DNA of 63,993 nucleotides, the filler included, from Sanchytrium tribonematis (taxonomy: Eukaryota), in assembly GCA_018985235.1 (NCBI GenBank). It is 9 parts of 9 records of this genome, joined end to end, with 100 filler letters (N's around TTAATTAATTAA, not from the genome) between each part and the next. Parts side by side here need not be neighbours in the genome. Positions count along the whole stretch, not along the records: positions 29,537 to 55,078 come from JADGIG010000066.1; 8 more parts are not named here. One strand, written 5' to 3'. Made by a program: the position numbers and the translations under genes. Below, one piece after another: positions 32,546 to 46,908 of the stretch. Positions within the stretch are counted from its first letter, which is position 1. Every line of letters begins with the position of its first letter. Under the pieces are notes generated by a model, which searched no databases, was not told the origin of the DNA, and saw nothing but the letters and a program-made list of their open reading frames with translations.

Positions 32546-35096
32546 TTAGCAGTAAAATGCTCGCTTCAATAGCTCCGGAGAGATTTTGACTGGATCGCCA
32601 CTTGGTAATGTTGTCTTCTCGTACCGCTTAATACGTTCAGCCAACAAATCAGCACGTTTGACAACGTCTGGAATGGAAGTCGGTGCAGCACTTCTTTGGA
32701 AGGTGTAGCACAAAGTTAGTGTAAGCTTTTGCAACTCATCGACATCCACGTGGCAATCGTCATGTAAAACTACATATCGTGAAGGAATTGCAGTTCCTTG
32801 AAGACCATTATGACTTTGCAAGTAAAATTCGAGAAATTTTCCAGTGATTTCACTGTCTACGACTAGCCCATTCTTTAAATTACCATTACGGCTAGTCATA
32901 TTTGGACCAGGACGCTCAGCAAAGAATCTTGTCTGATGGCGTTTAATACAACTAATGAATACCAACTTAAGGTCACTGATATTTAATGCCTTTGCAGCAG
33001 CTTTGAATGCCTTAATTTCTTTGACACCAAAAGTCTCAAATTGGCCTTCGGACAATCCATCACGAAAAATAACCAAGTTTTGAGGAAATCTACCAGCTGC
33101 AACTTTGAATTCCTCTAACAATTCTGTAGCTGCACTTTCAACAACTTCGCTTGTGTCTTCGCCATCAACATTCTTGTAGACATGACGGTAGTCGTAAAAT
33201 CTTGCATTTACAGTTCCAACAAAAGTTGCTACGCTTGAATCACCTTGACGAGCACCTATTTCATTGCCGTGACACACATCGACTCCCATTATCATAGTTG
33301 GCTCTGTGGAGAACTTTCCAAACAATTTAGAACTAAATCTCCAAGCAAAACATCTTCCATTTTTGTTCTAAATTAAATATAATTACAAAGCTTAATTTTT
33401 CATTGATTTTTAGTAATAAGTTGGAGCAGTATTGAGCATTGACTGTAACACGGCCTCTGTTTTCTCTGAACTTTGCAGCATCACAAAACTGAGTCAAAAT
33501 CAAGTCATTGCCTGAAAAATCTGTAGTCTCTGTTAATCTCTTAACATGATTGTACACACCGCATGTTTGAGATGGCGTTATACAAAAGATGATATCAGGT
33601 TTTTTCCCATGAGTAGCTTTAGCTTCTTCCACGGCATTTGCCATTGCACGTTCTACATCCTCCTCAAAATCAATGTATGGTCGTCTTGGATCGACCGGAC
33701 ATTCAATAATTTTTGGCCTTTGTCGCGGAAGCCCAACGGTGTGATTTCTAGCAACAGTTTCCAAATTTCTCAATAAATGATCTTCGATTGTTCTTGGTCT
33801 TGTATTATTGCAAAATGTGACCACGGCATAACTCTCAATATTGCAAGCATTTGAAAATTTCTGATTTCTGGTTTCAATAGCATTGTTATTTTGGTTTAAT
33901 CTGGCAGGTACCTCGCTAAATAATGGTGCGGGTGCATCTAAAAATCTTGCGGGAATTGATAACAATTCTGAGTCAACCTCAAATCCAGAAGCAGCACTTG
34001 CTTTCAATAAATTATCTCTCAATTGACTCAAAATATATCTTTTTCTATCCTCAGGATTCAGGCACGTCTCACGTCTAATTTCGGAAATATCTGGAACAGG
34101 CTTTTCAAATGATTGATTTGGGGCAATTTTCAAAAGCTCTGGAGGATAATAAGTATTTTTGGTCTTGTTGACACATACCAAATAGTCTGTAGGATATTTC
34201 AAATTGACTCCTTTACTAGCAAAATATTCGTTTACACTAATATCAGGCTTTCCCTCCATTTTGATTATAAATTCTTTTGCGTTTTTCTCTGAAAAGCTTA
34301 CAATCCTTCCATCTTTTCGTTTCGTGGTTTTAGAGTCAATTTTGACTTGAACATTTTTAAATTCCATAGTCAACTTTTTGTAGTTGTTGTATCCGCTGGC
34401 TTTAATTGCCTCGTGTAAATTTAATTCTCTAAATGAAGTGTGATATTTTGCGTCAACATTTAATAGTAAACCAGATGCGACAGCCTTGGTGTGGCATTGA
34501 ATCCCTTTATACATTTCAAGGCAACTATTTCTAATTGTGAATTTAGTATTCGGGTTGAACATTCCAACGCCATAAACCAGACGTTTAAATGTTGGATCAC
34601 ACTTGATCAAAATGTCACATGCCTGTAAAACCTCCTGTACTTCAGATGGCGTCATTTTCGACCCTGCTTGAGTGTACTCCTTGATCTTTTGTAAATTTCT
34701 CTTAACGGTTTTCTTCAATTCCATTTGGACAATTCTGTCCTCTCTTTCGTTGGTTTCCTTGTTGAATCTTGTACCTTTCTTGACTGGATAAACATCTTCT
34801 AAATCTCCATCAAAACTCAAAATCAAGTTGCCACTTGCAAAAACTTGTTTGTCCAGCTCTTTCATATGTATCAAGAATGCCTCGACATGCTCGTTTCTTT
34901 CTCTTTTTTTCATTGGGACTTTATTTCCCTTTTCGTCGATAGTCTCCAACATCAGGTTATACATAAAGATATCTTTGCTTGGTGTATTCTTGAACTTCAC
35001 ATAGTTTGTCATGACTCTAACTTTATTACCAGCCGTACCTGATTTATGTAAAGGTCTTATTAATTCACTTTTGGTGGGTGATTTTGCTTCTGGCAT
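32546..35096 (-). CDS. Argonaute paralogue 2, complete, two exons (~843 aa)
   Basis: PAZ, MID and PIWI (GVDVCH, FRDGLSEGQF, KRHQTRFF, FYLQSH..QGT..P..Y, RADLLAER); exons 35096-33387 and 33367-32546. Confidence 0.93.
33368..33386 (-). other. 19-nt spliceosomal intron (Argonaute 2)
   Basis: GTAATTATATTTAATTTAG; removal joins KINEKLSF to NKNGRCFAW... in frame with PIWI. Confidence 0.9.
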
Positions 35097-35172
35097 TTCA
35101 AGGGGAACAAAAAAAACAAGCCTTTTTTGCAATCATGTTACACAGAGTTTTAGTCAAAAATGGGTATATAAT

Positions 35173-36550
35173 TTATTTTAGTGGAAAATACTTCTTGTCT
35201 GGTGCATCTGTCACCATTCGAATAACTGAACCTGTGTTCATTCTATCCATACTTGGCCTGCAACCAAAAACAACTCTAATAGAAGATTCTAAATAAATTT
35301 GTCTCTTTCCGTTCAGTTTCTTTAAGCAATAAAACTTTAGATGAACTGCGTCTCTTAATAAATTTTTATCATAAAATTTTTGTCGCATAAATGTTTTTGA
35401 GTCACACGGCATGTCGAGAAAATCATAAGGAACTAAAAAGACTTTCACCACCATTCCTTCAGAGTTTTTAATAAGCTATATAAGAAAAAATTACCAATTG
35501 AATCTGGCCTTTACCTGGTATTTTAAGCCCAGATCTTAAACATTCTTGGTCAAATAAATCAGAAAACTCATTCAACAGGACGTCGTTGAAGTTAATGTTG
35601 CCAGAATAAGGTGTAGATGACTGGTTATTGTCTAATTTGTAAAATACACATTCAAATTTGGTATTAAGAGTAGGCAATGAGCGCATTAGTCCTGATTTAG
35701 AAGAAGTAAAAGTAATACTGCAGGAGGTATCAAAGGAAATGGGATTGCTAAAAGGAGCAGGTATCCTTCCGGCTAATAATGATTGCTCAAAAGAGCCAAT
35801 AAAACTGCCTTTTCTAGGAGATCTGGCTAGAGATCCACTGAAACGCCTTTCGGCCAAGTAAACAGGTGCATCTTCTTCGGAAGAAGATGAAGATCCTAAA
35901 ATATACTTTCTCGCGTCTTTAAAACTATTAGCTAGTGGCGATGTCGGAGAAGCCCTTGCAAAATTACTACCTCGATGACTAATTGGAATATTGATGCGAT
36001 TGGAATTAGAAAACTTCTTTTTTTCCAAAGAAAGAGATTGTGTTAAAGAGCTTAAAGAATCTAGATTATTAATTTCTCTGAACTGAGAAGCCTCTGGGTA
36101 TTTGGATATGAATGAAGACGAAATTCCGTATAGTTGATCTATCATAATTTGAATTGACCCATGCTCTGTTTGCAACGTATCTATTAGTAAATCGGCATTT
36201 TCTTGAAAACAAGGTGTTAATTCATCTAATTTTAATTTGCTAGGATTAATCGTAATCAATCCTTTTTGCTGCTGAGGCAAATTAAACTCGTATTTTTCAT
36301 CATCAAAGCTGACGCAAAATGTCAAATTTTTGAGGTAAAAAATCCCGGCTTCGATCTGTCGAAGTAGTAAATTATGGTGAATATTGACAGCATTCAAGTC
36401 AAATTTACCGTGAATAATATATCTTTCATAAAGCACTTTCCGCTGATATATATCTAACTGAAAACTAGAATAGTCAGAGGGAATGTCAATTTTTAGGTCC
36501 TGTGAATATATTTCGTTGAACTTTAAATTTAAAAAATCTTCCACGGACAT
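35173..36550 (-). CDS. FAM214/Atos-like protein (DUF4210 plus C-terminal conserved domain), two exons
   Basis: GSFIGSFEQSLLAGR, TPYSG, IP.KGQIQL/LIKN...VKVFLVPYDF.DMP...KTFMRQK; intron 35476-35494. Confidence 0.8.
35476..35494 (-). other. 19-nt spliceosomal intron (FAM214-like)
   Basis: GTAATTTTTTCTTATATAG; restores GQIQL-LIKNSEGMVVKVF. Confidence 0.85.
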
Positions 36551-36711
36551 CGTTTTGAAAAAAATTGGAGAAAATCGCGGGCCAAATATTTTATTTGTAA
36601 AATTTGTTTAATAACCAATCAGAGTGATTAGATTATATTGCAAGGATCACACTGACTGATGCGCCAAGGAGGGTCATTCACTAAGTATATATAAGTAATC
36701 TTGGTATCGAA

Positions 36712-39935
<3,224 letters not shown>

Positions 39936-39948
39936 GTAAATCCGTTTA

Positions 39949-40933
39949 CTAAACTGCCTGTTCTTCGGGATATGCGTCTAACTTGGCTCTACTGTTTGAT
40001 TCTTCTTTGCTAAAGAATGTCTTTAAATAAGCTGAAGATCTTGCTTGCTTAAAAAATTGATGGTCCAATAGGGTAGTTGCAGTCGGTCGTCTATGAGGAT
40101 CTCTTTCTAAGCAACTATTGATTAAATCGTGAAAGTATTTGCTCATTTTATTTGTGGAGTCAAGCATTGGTGGTGGTAAAACATAATTTAATTTGGCCCT
40201 CAATATCTAAATAAATGCTAAATACCTTTAGTGCTGGCCAGTTTTCAAAGCCAGTTCTGCCGAATGCCAGTTCAACTGCAGTAGCTCCAAAAGAATATAT
40301 ATCGGAAGCAGTTCCGTGTAATGTATGTTGATCTAGAACTTCAGGACTTGCCCACTCGACTTCACCAACAAAATCAAAGCATTTTTTTCTCATGTGGTGC
40401 AAACCTGTTAAGCAAACTTCACCAGTTATGTCAATAAGTATGTTTTCGCATCGAAGATCATTATGACAGATCTCATCCGAATGTAAATATTCAAGCGCTT
40501 TCAAAATTTCCCTTAGAATGGTTGCAACAACAACTTCAGGGAGGCCAGCTTTATACTCTTTGTTCAGAATGTGTCTACAGCTTCCTAGTCTCATTGGAAT
40601 GGTTACAATCCACAATCTTTCATTTTCAACGAAGCATTTGTAGTATGGTAAAATGTTTGGATGTCTAAGACTCATTGAATTACGAATAGATGTAATTAAA
40701 TCCTCAAGAAGCGCATAATTACTACATATTGTCAGATCTGTGTATTTTAAGGCTACAAATGTCCCTTGAAAACGCGATAAATATAAATATGAAATGTCAT
40801 CAACACCTCCTAACGGACTAATTAATTCATAGTCTTTAATTTTAGTGGTATATTTAAGTGCATTTCTTTCTCTTTGATAGGCGAATGTACTAACTAGTCT
40901 GTCTCTAATACTCTTTTGTCTTCTTACTGACAT
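39949..40933 (-). CDS. STE20-family (OSR1/SPAK/STRAD-like) kinase or pseudokinase, two exons
   Basis: HPNILPY, GSC..I, GLPE.V.ATILREILKALEYLH, HNDLRCENILI, WASPEVL, DIYSFG; DFG replaced by TGL; intron 40207-40225. Confidence 0.8.
40207..40225 (-). other. 19-nt spliceosomal intron (kinase)
   Basis: GTATTTAGCATTTATTTAG; restores WPALK-ILRAKLNYVLPPP...CLERDP.RRPTA..LL.H.FF. Confidence 0.88.
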
Positions 40934-40969
40934 TTCAAAATTATTTCAAATCAAGCCAAAAAATCAAGG

Positions 40970-41215
40970 ATGGAACAGCAGAATAATTTTGCAAAGCATG
41001 TTCTTAATTCCGATGTAAAATACCAAGGAACAGGGCATTCCGACACCACAAAGTACGAATTTATATCGAATATTCACAGGGATACATATAGCACTATTAT
41101 AGGTAGAGAATTTTACATGACATATATTGGAGTATGTACCCAACAAACTAAAGAACAAGTGAGAGTGGAAATGCTTGAGCGTTTATTAATACCATGTGGC
41201 AGCCAGCCGGAGTAA
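40970..41215 (+). CDS. SF3B5: Splicing factor 3B subunit 5
   Basis: KYQGTGHSDTTKYEF..NIHRDTY..IIG...PCG. Confidence 0.9.
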   Translation: MEQQNNFAKHVLNSDVKYQGTGHSDTTKYEFISNIHRDTYSTIIGREFYMTYIGVCTQQTKEQVRVEMLERLLIPCGSQPE

Positions 41216-41298
41216 ACTACTTTTCTTTTATCTTTTTGTTAATGGATTTTTATCAATGTTCCCAAAAACGCATTCCTTAAAAGTACAATTGCCACCGT
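41121..41298 (+). repeat. Direct repeat, copy 1 (intact SF3B5 3' end plus decayed RBMX2 3' end)
   Basis: Aligns with 42542-42742, e.g. CATATATTGGAGTATGTACC, CCATGTGGCAGCCAGCCGGAGTAAA, AATGGATTTTTATCAATGTTCCC. Confidence 0.92.
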
Positions 41299-41451
41299 GA
41301 CTAATATTAAACTACCCGGTCTTTAAATAACGATACCAATTCGAATAACAACTAAGACTACCTTTACTTGACCAATGAAATCATTATGAACAGTTGGAAT
41401 CAAATGTGAAAAGTAGACTAATTATTAATTGTCGATATTGAGTACAAATAT

Positions 41452-42312
41452 ATGCCGGAAGTGTCCACAATTCCATGGGAGCTACTTTTGATTGGATGGA
41501 AATTTGATTGGAAGGAAATGGTTATACTTTTTCTAATCGCCTCTGAAACAAACATGTCGAAGCATTTCACTGAGAGTGAATTAGAAACAATTTCTAACGC
41601 CAAGAGATTTAAACAACAGTTAAATGACAAATATTTAAACGAATTAAATGAATATATGCAAGATATTAGTGGATTTAAAATGATTGATGATATTAATTAT
41701 GCAACAAGGCCTTTTGAGAATAATAACATCTCTTCTCCAACCACACAGCACCTCGGAGCACTGAAAAGGAGATATGATGAGGCCAATTCCAAACAGTTTC
41801 ATGACTTGGAAAAGGTCAAATTAGACATGGCAATTCAACAGGAACAACTCAGTATTTTGTTGAATGACAAATCCCAAAGCATTATAAGGAACGTATTTGC
41901 TGATTTAGCAAATCCAATCAAATCAGTTGGTTTAAAAAAGTATGGCGCAGTATTTGATTTGGAAGTTTTAAATGACTCTAGCCATCCTGATTATAAGTCG
42001 GTCAAGGGTATCGCAAGCGCGTATCTTGATTACTTGAAATTGGAACATCAATTTCCCCAAGAGATTTCTTTATCATGGTTTATTGATCTATTATTGAGCA
42101 AAGCCAATCCAAATTGTAATGTCCATTCTGGTAATACTAGAGATTCTATTAACCAATATTTGAATAAAAAGAACATTCAAATGACACAAGATGAAGTAAC
42201 AAAAGTGGATGTATTGTTGAGATTTAACAGCTCTTTTCGAATCGGTGGACGAAAGATTTACGGTAAGGGGCATCGGGAAAGTGAGTTCTTAAAAAGTCAT
42301 TTTAGCAGTTAA
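41452..42312 (+). CDS. Orphan ORF inserted between the direct repeats
   Basis: 286-aa ORF (alternative ATG at 41554); coiled-coil-like N-half; TKVDVLL may begin a nuclease-like motif. Confidence 0.5.
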   Translation: MPEVSTIPWELLLIGWKFDWKEMVILFLIASETNMSKHFTESELETISNAKRFKQQLNDKYLNELNEYMQDISGFKMIDDINYATRPFENNNISSPTTQHLGALKRRYDEANSKQFHDLEKVKLDMAIQQEQLSILLNDKSQSIIRNVFADLANPIKSVGLKKYGAVFDLEVLNDSSHPDYKSVKGIASAYLDYLKLEHQFPQEISLSWFIDLLLSKANPNCNVHSGNTRDSINQYLNKKNIQMTQDEVTKVDVLLRFNSSFRIGGRKIYGKGHRESEFLKSHFSS

Positions 42313-42541
42313 AAAAATCTTAACACATATTTCCTATTTGTAGAACATTTCGTTAGCCATATATAAGCTCCTATTTTTGTTCAAATTTGAATTCGAAAAG
42401 AGATTTAATTTCATTGGTCTAGTGAGTTGGCCTAGTGTCTAAATTTGAATTACATAAATATTGGAATTGATCGGCTGATTTAAATCGGTATTTCTCGAAA
42501 TGCTTAAATTTAGTTAAGTTTAGATTTTATATTCAGTGTCC

Positions 42542-42742
42542 CATATATTGGAGTATGTACCTAACAAACTAAAAGAACAAGTGAGAGTGGCATTGCTTGG
42601 GCGTTTATTAGTACCATGTGGCAGCCAGCCGGAGTAAATTACTTTTCTTTAATCTTTTTCTTTTTTCTTAATGGATTTTTATCAATGTTCCCCAAAACGT
42701 ATTCCTTATAAGTGTATAATTCTGGACTACAGTTGCCACCGT
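42542..42742 (+). repeat. Direct repeat, copy 2 (decayed SF3B5 3' end plus intact RBMX2 3' end)
   Basis: SF3B5 part carries CAA>TAA and a +1 insertion; RBMX2 part is in frame. Confidence 0.92.
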
Positions 42743-43130
42743 ATTCTTTTACAATGCTCAAAAATTTATCTACTATTTCCACGTCAAAAGGATGCAATTC
42801 AAACAATGGATTTCCATCACTCTTTCGCTCCTTGGCATGATCTATATGTAAAATACATCCCTTATACTCGCTTCCGTTAAAATTATCTATGGCTAATACA
42901 GTGCTGTTGAAATTTTGGTACTTCAAGAATGCGAATGAGTTATTTTCATTTCTTTCTAAATGAACCGGCTCACCATATTGAGAAAATAAAATTAATAAAT
43001 CTGCATTGGATATATCTGATTTAACATTGCCGACAAATATCCAGTTTGAACTATAATCATGGTGCCAAGACGCATTAGGCTTTATTTTATGTTTTAATTC
43101 AGTTTCATTTAGCTTTTTAATTTTGTGCAT
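42639..43130 (-). CDS. RBMX2: RES-complex RRM protein Snu17/Ist3/RBMX2
   Basis: MHKIKKLNETEL...ASWHHDY...IFVG, FSQYGE, FAFLKY...STVLAIDNFNG...IDH; likely ATG at 43130. Confidence 0.85.
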   Translation of the reverse strand: MHKIKKLNETELKHKIKPNASWHHDYSSNWIFVGNVKSDISNADLLILFSQYGEPVHLERNENNSFAFLKYQNFNSTVLAIDNFNGSEYKGCILHIDHAKERKSDGNPLFELHPFDVEIVDKFLSIVKEYGGNCSPELYTYKEYVLGNIDKNPLRKKKKIKEK

Positions 43131-43152
43131 TTGTTGCAAAAAATCCCCATCT

Positions 43153-45912
43153 TTACAGTAAAATACCAAACTCGCCTTCGAGTTCCAATGACCTGATAAG
43201 ATTACGAACAAGATTAAACTTCCACACTTCCATTTGCACAATTTTCAAAAATAAGATTTCCCTGCAATCAACAGTAATTTCTTTCGAATAAATTGGCATT
43301 TTTGCTTCATTTAAGGAATCAAAAACTTCAGCAGACAAAGGAGACTGTACAGGGTTTTTTAGGGAAAAGTATTCTGAATGGAAGACGCATTTGAATACAA
43401 GATACCAAACACCATAATCTGAAACCTGATTTGTTTTTAAATGCTCAATATAATAATGAAGTTCTTCACCTTCTCCGCTCATATTGCAAAATGAGTTGAG
43501 CACAGCATATAATACATTTAATTGATGCACATTGTTCTTAAATAGTAAAACTCGTTGCTCTTTGGGCATATAATCATTGATCATAAAGATGCTTGACAAA
43601 ATTGTTTGGTGACTAGTATAATCGATTTTTAAGCATTCAGTCGCTGGATTCACAATTGTGTTGTTGAAGAATTCCAAACTTAGCTGATCTTTATGCGCAT
43701 TATAAAATAATCGTTGTTGTCTGCTGTTGAAGTTTGAGCAAATGTTTCTATAATCGCCTTCATTTAGCATGCTAAATTCATATGGCATTCTCTCGATTCC
43801 ATTTAAAAATAAAACTTCCTTGTAATGGTTGGATATTAATTTCCCAATGCCCGACTGTGGGTATAACGAGGAAAAGACAATTTTGTCAAATGAATATTTA
43901 AAATCAAACCTTTCCGTAAATTGATACGGGAGATACAATGGTGGAGACAAAGGCAAGGTAAATTTTTTTGTAAAGTATTCCAGACTTTTGACAAAATTGT
44001 TGAACGCATTCTTGCAAAATTTAATTCTTAAAAATTTCAAGCAATTTACAAACAGTAAATGAATAAATTTGATTTCGGGTTCATCAGAAATAAATTCTCT
44101 GTCACAATCATCCTCGCATGTTGATGTAATGAGTGAAAATGCGAAATCAAAATATTTTGTCAAATCACAATCTACGAAATGATCAGATTTCAATAGCAAT
44201 ATTTTGTGCACATAATCATAATGATCTAAATCCAAAAGCGGGTTCAATATTTCCATAATCTCAAATACACTCAAATTATTAATGACAATGCGAAGTTCTC
44301 CACCCTTGTACTGTAAACGACAAAATAATTCAAAAATGAATATGTAATCTTTTTCATTGCTTTGAAATAGTTTTGGAATATGTTGAGGCTCATATTCTGC
44401 CATCAAATACATAATCCTCATGTTATTAAGATTGAAGTTGGACTTTTCAAATTTTTGAATGGCTTGTTTTATAAAACCAGTTCGCAACTCTACGTTTTTG
44501 AAGCATTTCGACAAAATTGATAAGAACTGTTCAGAAACCTTGTCATTAAATAAATTAAAAGACGAAAGTTTTGTATATAAAGACCATAAACAACGATGCC
44601 TCTTTGGTAACAAAGATTCCACTGCATTATACCAATTTTGCAAAAATCGGGGGTCTTTAACAATTGTTAGATCTGAAAAAGTGGTGCATGTATCCAAAAG
44701 CAAAAACTTGAGTTCTTCTCCGCTTGAATCGTCTTTAATTTCCAGTCCTGACAAAATTGTCATGATATTAATGTGAAATTTTTTCCGCATAAGCTCCCGA
44801 ATTTGATTATTGGTAATGTGATCTTGAGATATTATAATAGACGCAATATTTTGTATAATATCAAATGGCAAGTGCTCCTGCTGTAGTTGTAGAAGAGAAT
44901 CAAGAATTTTAAACCTGTCGTCTATTGGCAATAAAAGTAAATCGTGCTTAAGGTAAAGCAAATAAATAAGAAGATTGTTTCTGAGTCTGTGTGGAAGTCC
45001 AAAGACTTGACATACGTTAATTTTAACTTTGGGAGAGAGATTACTCAGAATTTCTAGAATTTCGCTACTTTCTGCATCAGTCTTTAAAAAATGTAAAAGA
45101 CGTTCCGGATAAAGCCTAGACTCGTCCCTCAGATTGTAGCAGCCATACACGATGCAGTCCTTTGGTAAAAGTGTTTTCACAAGTGCTCTATGAAATATTT
45201 TATCTTTTTCCTTCTGCTTGAATTCATATCCAATAGTCGCATCAATAGATAGTTCCAGGATATCTTCTAAATTTAAAGACATTCTAGAAAGGGACTTTTT
45301 AGTTCCATAACTTGAAAATGAGAACGACGTCTTATGAAATCTCTTATTTGGTATGTTCAAGGAAATATCTAATGTCATTTTTTTTGCTGAGGGAACATTT
45401 CCGATTATTCTTTCTTCTTGATTGCCATGGATTAGTATGTTTTGATCTTTACTTGTGAATGACAGTTTCTTTTGTGGTTTTCTCACGAAAGAATGATTAT
45501 CCTCGACCACTGCAACTTTTCCAATAGTCTCCTTCTCCTCTTTAATAAAAGACTCTTGGACTTTTACATGAACTGCTGGTAAAAACCCTTTTAGGACACC
45601 TTTTGTGATTTCTTTCGGACGCCTCACTATTTTTTTCATTCGGGCCACATCCTCAGGATGTATGTATTTAAATTCACCGCCTCTTTTTCGCCTTTTAATA
45701 ATCTGAGTCTCATTGTCGTCGCTGGAAAGGACGACATTTGCAATTTTTAGTTTTCGTGCCGCTGTGTTTTCTAATGTGGATGAGTTAGAGGATAGATTGC
45801 TTATACTATCTGTGTGGCTGTGTAATTCTGAGTCAAGAATTATTTCATCGGATCCGGCCACTCGCTTTTTCGGTATAGATGTGTCAGTAAATGGTAGCAA
45901 ATTTGCTTCCAT
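43153..45912 (-). CDS. Large hypothetical protein (919 aa), possibly Mms22/Mus7-like
   Basis: Long intact ORF with a disordered N-terminus containing KGFLPA and a helical C-terminal region; family assignment weak. Confidence 0.45.
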   Translation of the reverse strand: MEANLLPFTDTSIPKKRVAGSDEIILDSELHSHTDSISNLSSNSSTLENTAARKLKIANVVLSSDDNETQIIKRRKRGGEFKYIHPEDVARMKKIVRRPKEITKGVLKGFLPAVHVKVQESFIKEEKETIGKVAVVEDNHSFVRKPQKKLSFTSKDQNILIHGNQEERIIGNVPSAKKMTLDISLNIPNKRFHKTSFSFSSYGTKKSLSRMSLNLEDILELSIDATIGYEFKQKEKDKIFHRALVKTLLPKDCIVYGCYNLRDESRLYPERLLHFLKTDAESSEILEILSNLSPKVKINVCQVFGLPHRLRNNLLIYLLYLKHDLLLLPIDDRFKILDSLLQLQQEHLPFDIIQNIASIIISQDHITNNQIRELMRKKFHINIMTILSGLEIKDDSSGEELKFLLLDTCTTFSDLTIVKDPRFLQNWYNAVESLLPKRHRCLWSLYTKLSSFNLFNDKVSEQFLSILSKCFKNVELRTGFIKQAIQKFEKSNFNLNNMRIMYLMAEYEPQHIPKLFQSNEKDYIFIFELFCRLQYKGGELRIVINNLSVFEIMEILNPLLDLDHYDYVHKILLLKSDHFVDCDLTKYFDFAFSLITSTCEDDCDREFISDEPEIKFIHLLFVNCLKFLRIKFCKNAFNNFVKSLEYFTKKFTLPLSPPLYLPYQFTERFDFKYSFDKIVFSSLYPQSGIGKLISNHYKEVLFLNGIERMPYEFSMLNEGDYRNICSNFNSRQQRLFYNAHKDQLSLEFFNNTIVNPATECLKIDYTSHQTILSSIFMINDYMPKEQRVLLFKNNVHQLNVLYAVLNSFCNMSGEGEELHYYIEHLKTNQVSDYGVWYLVFKCVFHSEYFSLKNPVQSPLSAEVFDSLNEAKMPIYSKEITVDCREILFLKIVQMEVWKFNLVRNLIRSLELEGEFGILL

Positions 45913-46072
45913 CTGTCTTAAAAATTATTTTAAAATTATCGCGTTCTTACGCAGAACGATTACAAAATCTACGCTTTCGTCTGTTCTATTAGATTAAAAT
46001 ATCCTTTAGGGTGATTCAAGCTCTATAATTACAAAATACAGTGATTTTACGATAATAGGAGACATTGTTACA

Positions 46073-46840
46073 ATGCCACAGTCACCTCGAGATTTCAAAG
46101 TAATAATTGTAACTGGGTGCTCAAAGGGTATTGGTAAAGCTACAGTAGACGAATTATTTAAACTTTATCCTGATGCGAAGGTCATCGGCGTCGCAAGAAG
46201 TGAAAAAGACTTGGAGCAACTTAAAAAATCTTACGAAAATTTCGACTATATTGCTGGAAGCCTTACAAACAAGACAACAATATTTGAACTGACGAAACTA
46301 ATTGATCTAAAATATCGAAGAGTAGATGCCTTGATTGCAAATGCAGGAGTCCTAAACCCAATCAATCACATACCTAACATTGACATGGAAGAATTTAGAT
46401 ACGCATTTGAAGTGAATTTTTTTTCCGTAGTCAGCCTGATAAAAGAGCTATGGGTTTATATTAGAAACGGGCGAGTGATACTAAACAGTAGTGGAGCTGC
46501 GACACATGCATATCATGGTCTGAGCGCTTATTGCTCCTCAAAAGCAGCTTTGAATATGTTTGGACAATCCATTTCGAAGGAAGGTGGTTTTTGTTTAGCA
46601 GTGCGTCCTGGTGTTGTATCCACTGGAATGCAGGATCAACTAAGAGCTTCTGAGGAATTGTCTCCGGATGACAGAGCGTTCTTTAAGAACTTGAAGGAAG
46701 AAGATAAGCTCATTTCACCTCAGCAAACTGGAGCATTATTCGCAAAGTTGGCTCTTGGTCCTGTAAAGGAGAGCTGGAATGGTGCTTTTTTAAGCCACGA
46801 TGACTTGGAGCTTGCTGAATTCATGAAAGAGTCCAAATAA
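46073..46840 (+). CDS. Short-chain dehydrogenase/reductase (sepiapterin reductase-like)
   Basis: TGCSKGIG, NAG, SSGAA, YCSSK, RPGVV.T.MQ. Confidence 0.88.
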   Translation: MPQSPRDFKVIIVTGCSKGIGKATVDELFKLYPDAKVIGVARSEKDLEQLKKSYENFDYIAGSLTNKTTIFELTKLIDLKYRRVDALIANAGVLNPINHIPNIDMEEFRYAFEVNFFSVVSLIKELWVYIRNGRVILNSSGAATHAYHGLSAYCSSKAALNMFGQSISKEGGFCLAVRPGVVSTGMQDQLRASEELSPDDRAFFKNLKEEDKLISPQQTGALFAKLALGPVKESWNGAFLSHDDLELAEFMKESK

Positions 46841-46908
46841 ATAGATTTTATTTTTTGCTTAAAATCTAATTTTGAGTGGAAATAGACGAGTACCCCTTTG
46901 ATCAGAAT

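Noticed and set aside
29537..35096. Split Argonaute ORFs read as prokaryotic short/split pAgo systems or pseudogenes
   Set aside because: Each break is explained by a 19-nt GT-AG intron at the same position, and the proteins are eukaryotic-type AGOs.
36600..36710. Possible small ncRNA in a relatively GC-rich intergenic gap
   Set aside because: No convincing C/D, H/ACA or Sm motifs. CCAATCAG also occurs near 57371 and may simply be a CCAAT element.
42415..42500. tRNA A-box-like string (GAGTTGGCCTAGTG)
   Set aside because: No T-loop/B-box or cloverleaf pairing is visible, so it cannot be called a tRNA or SINE.
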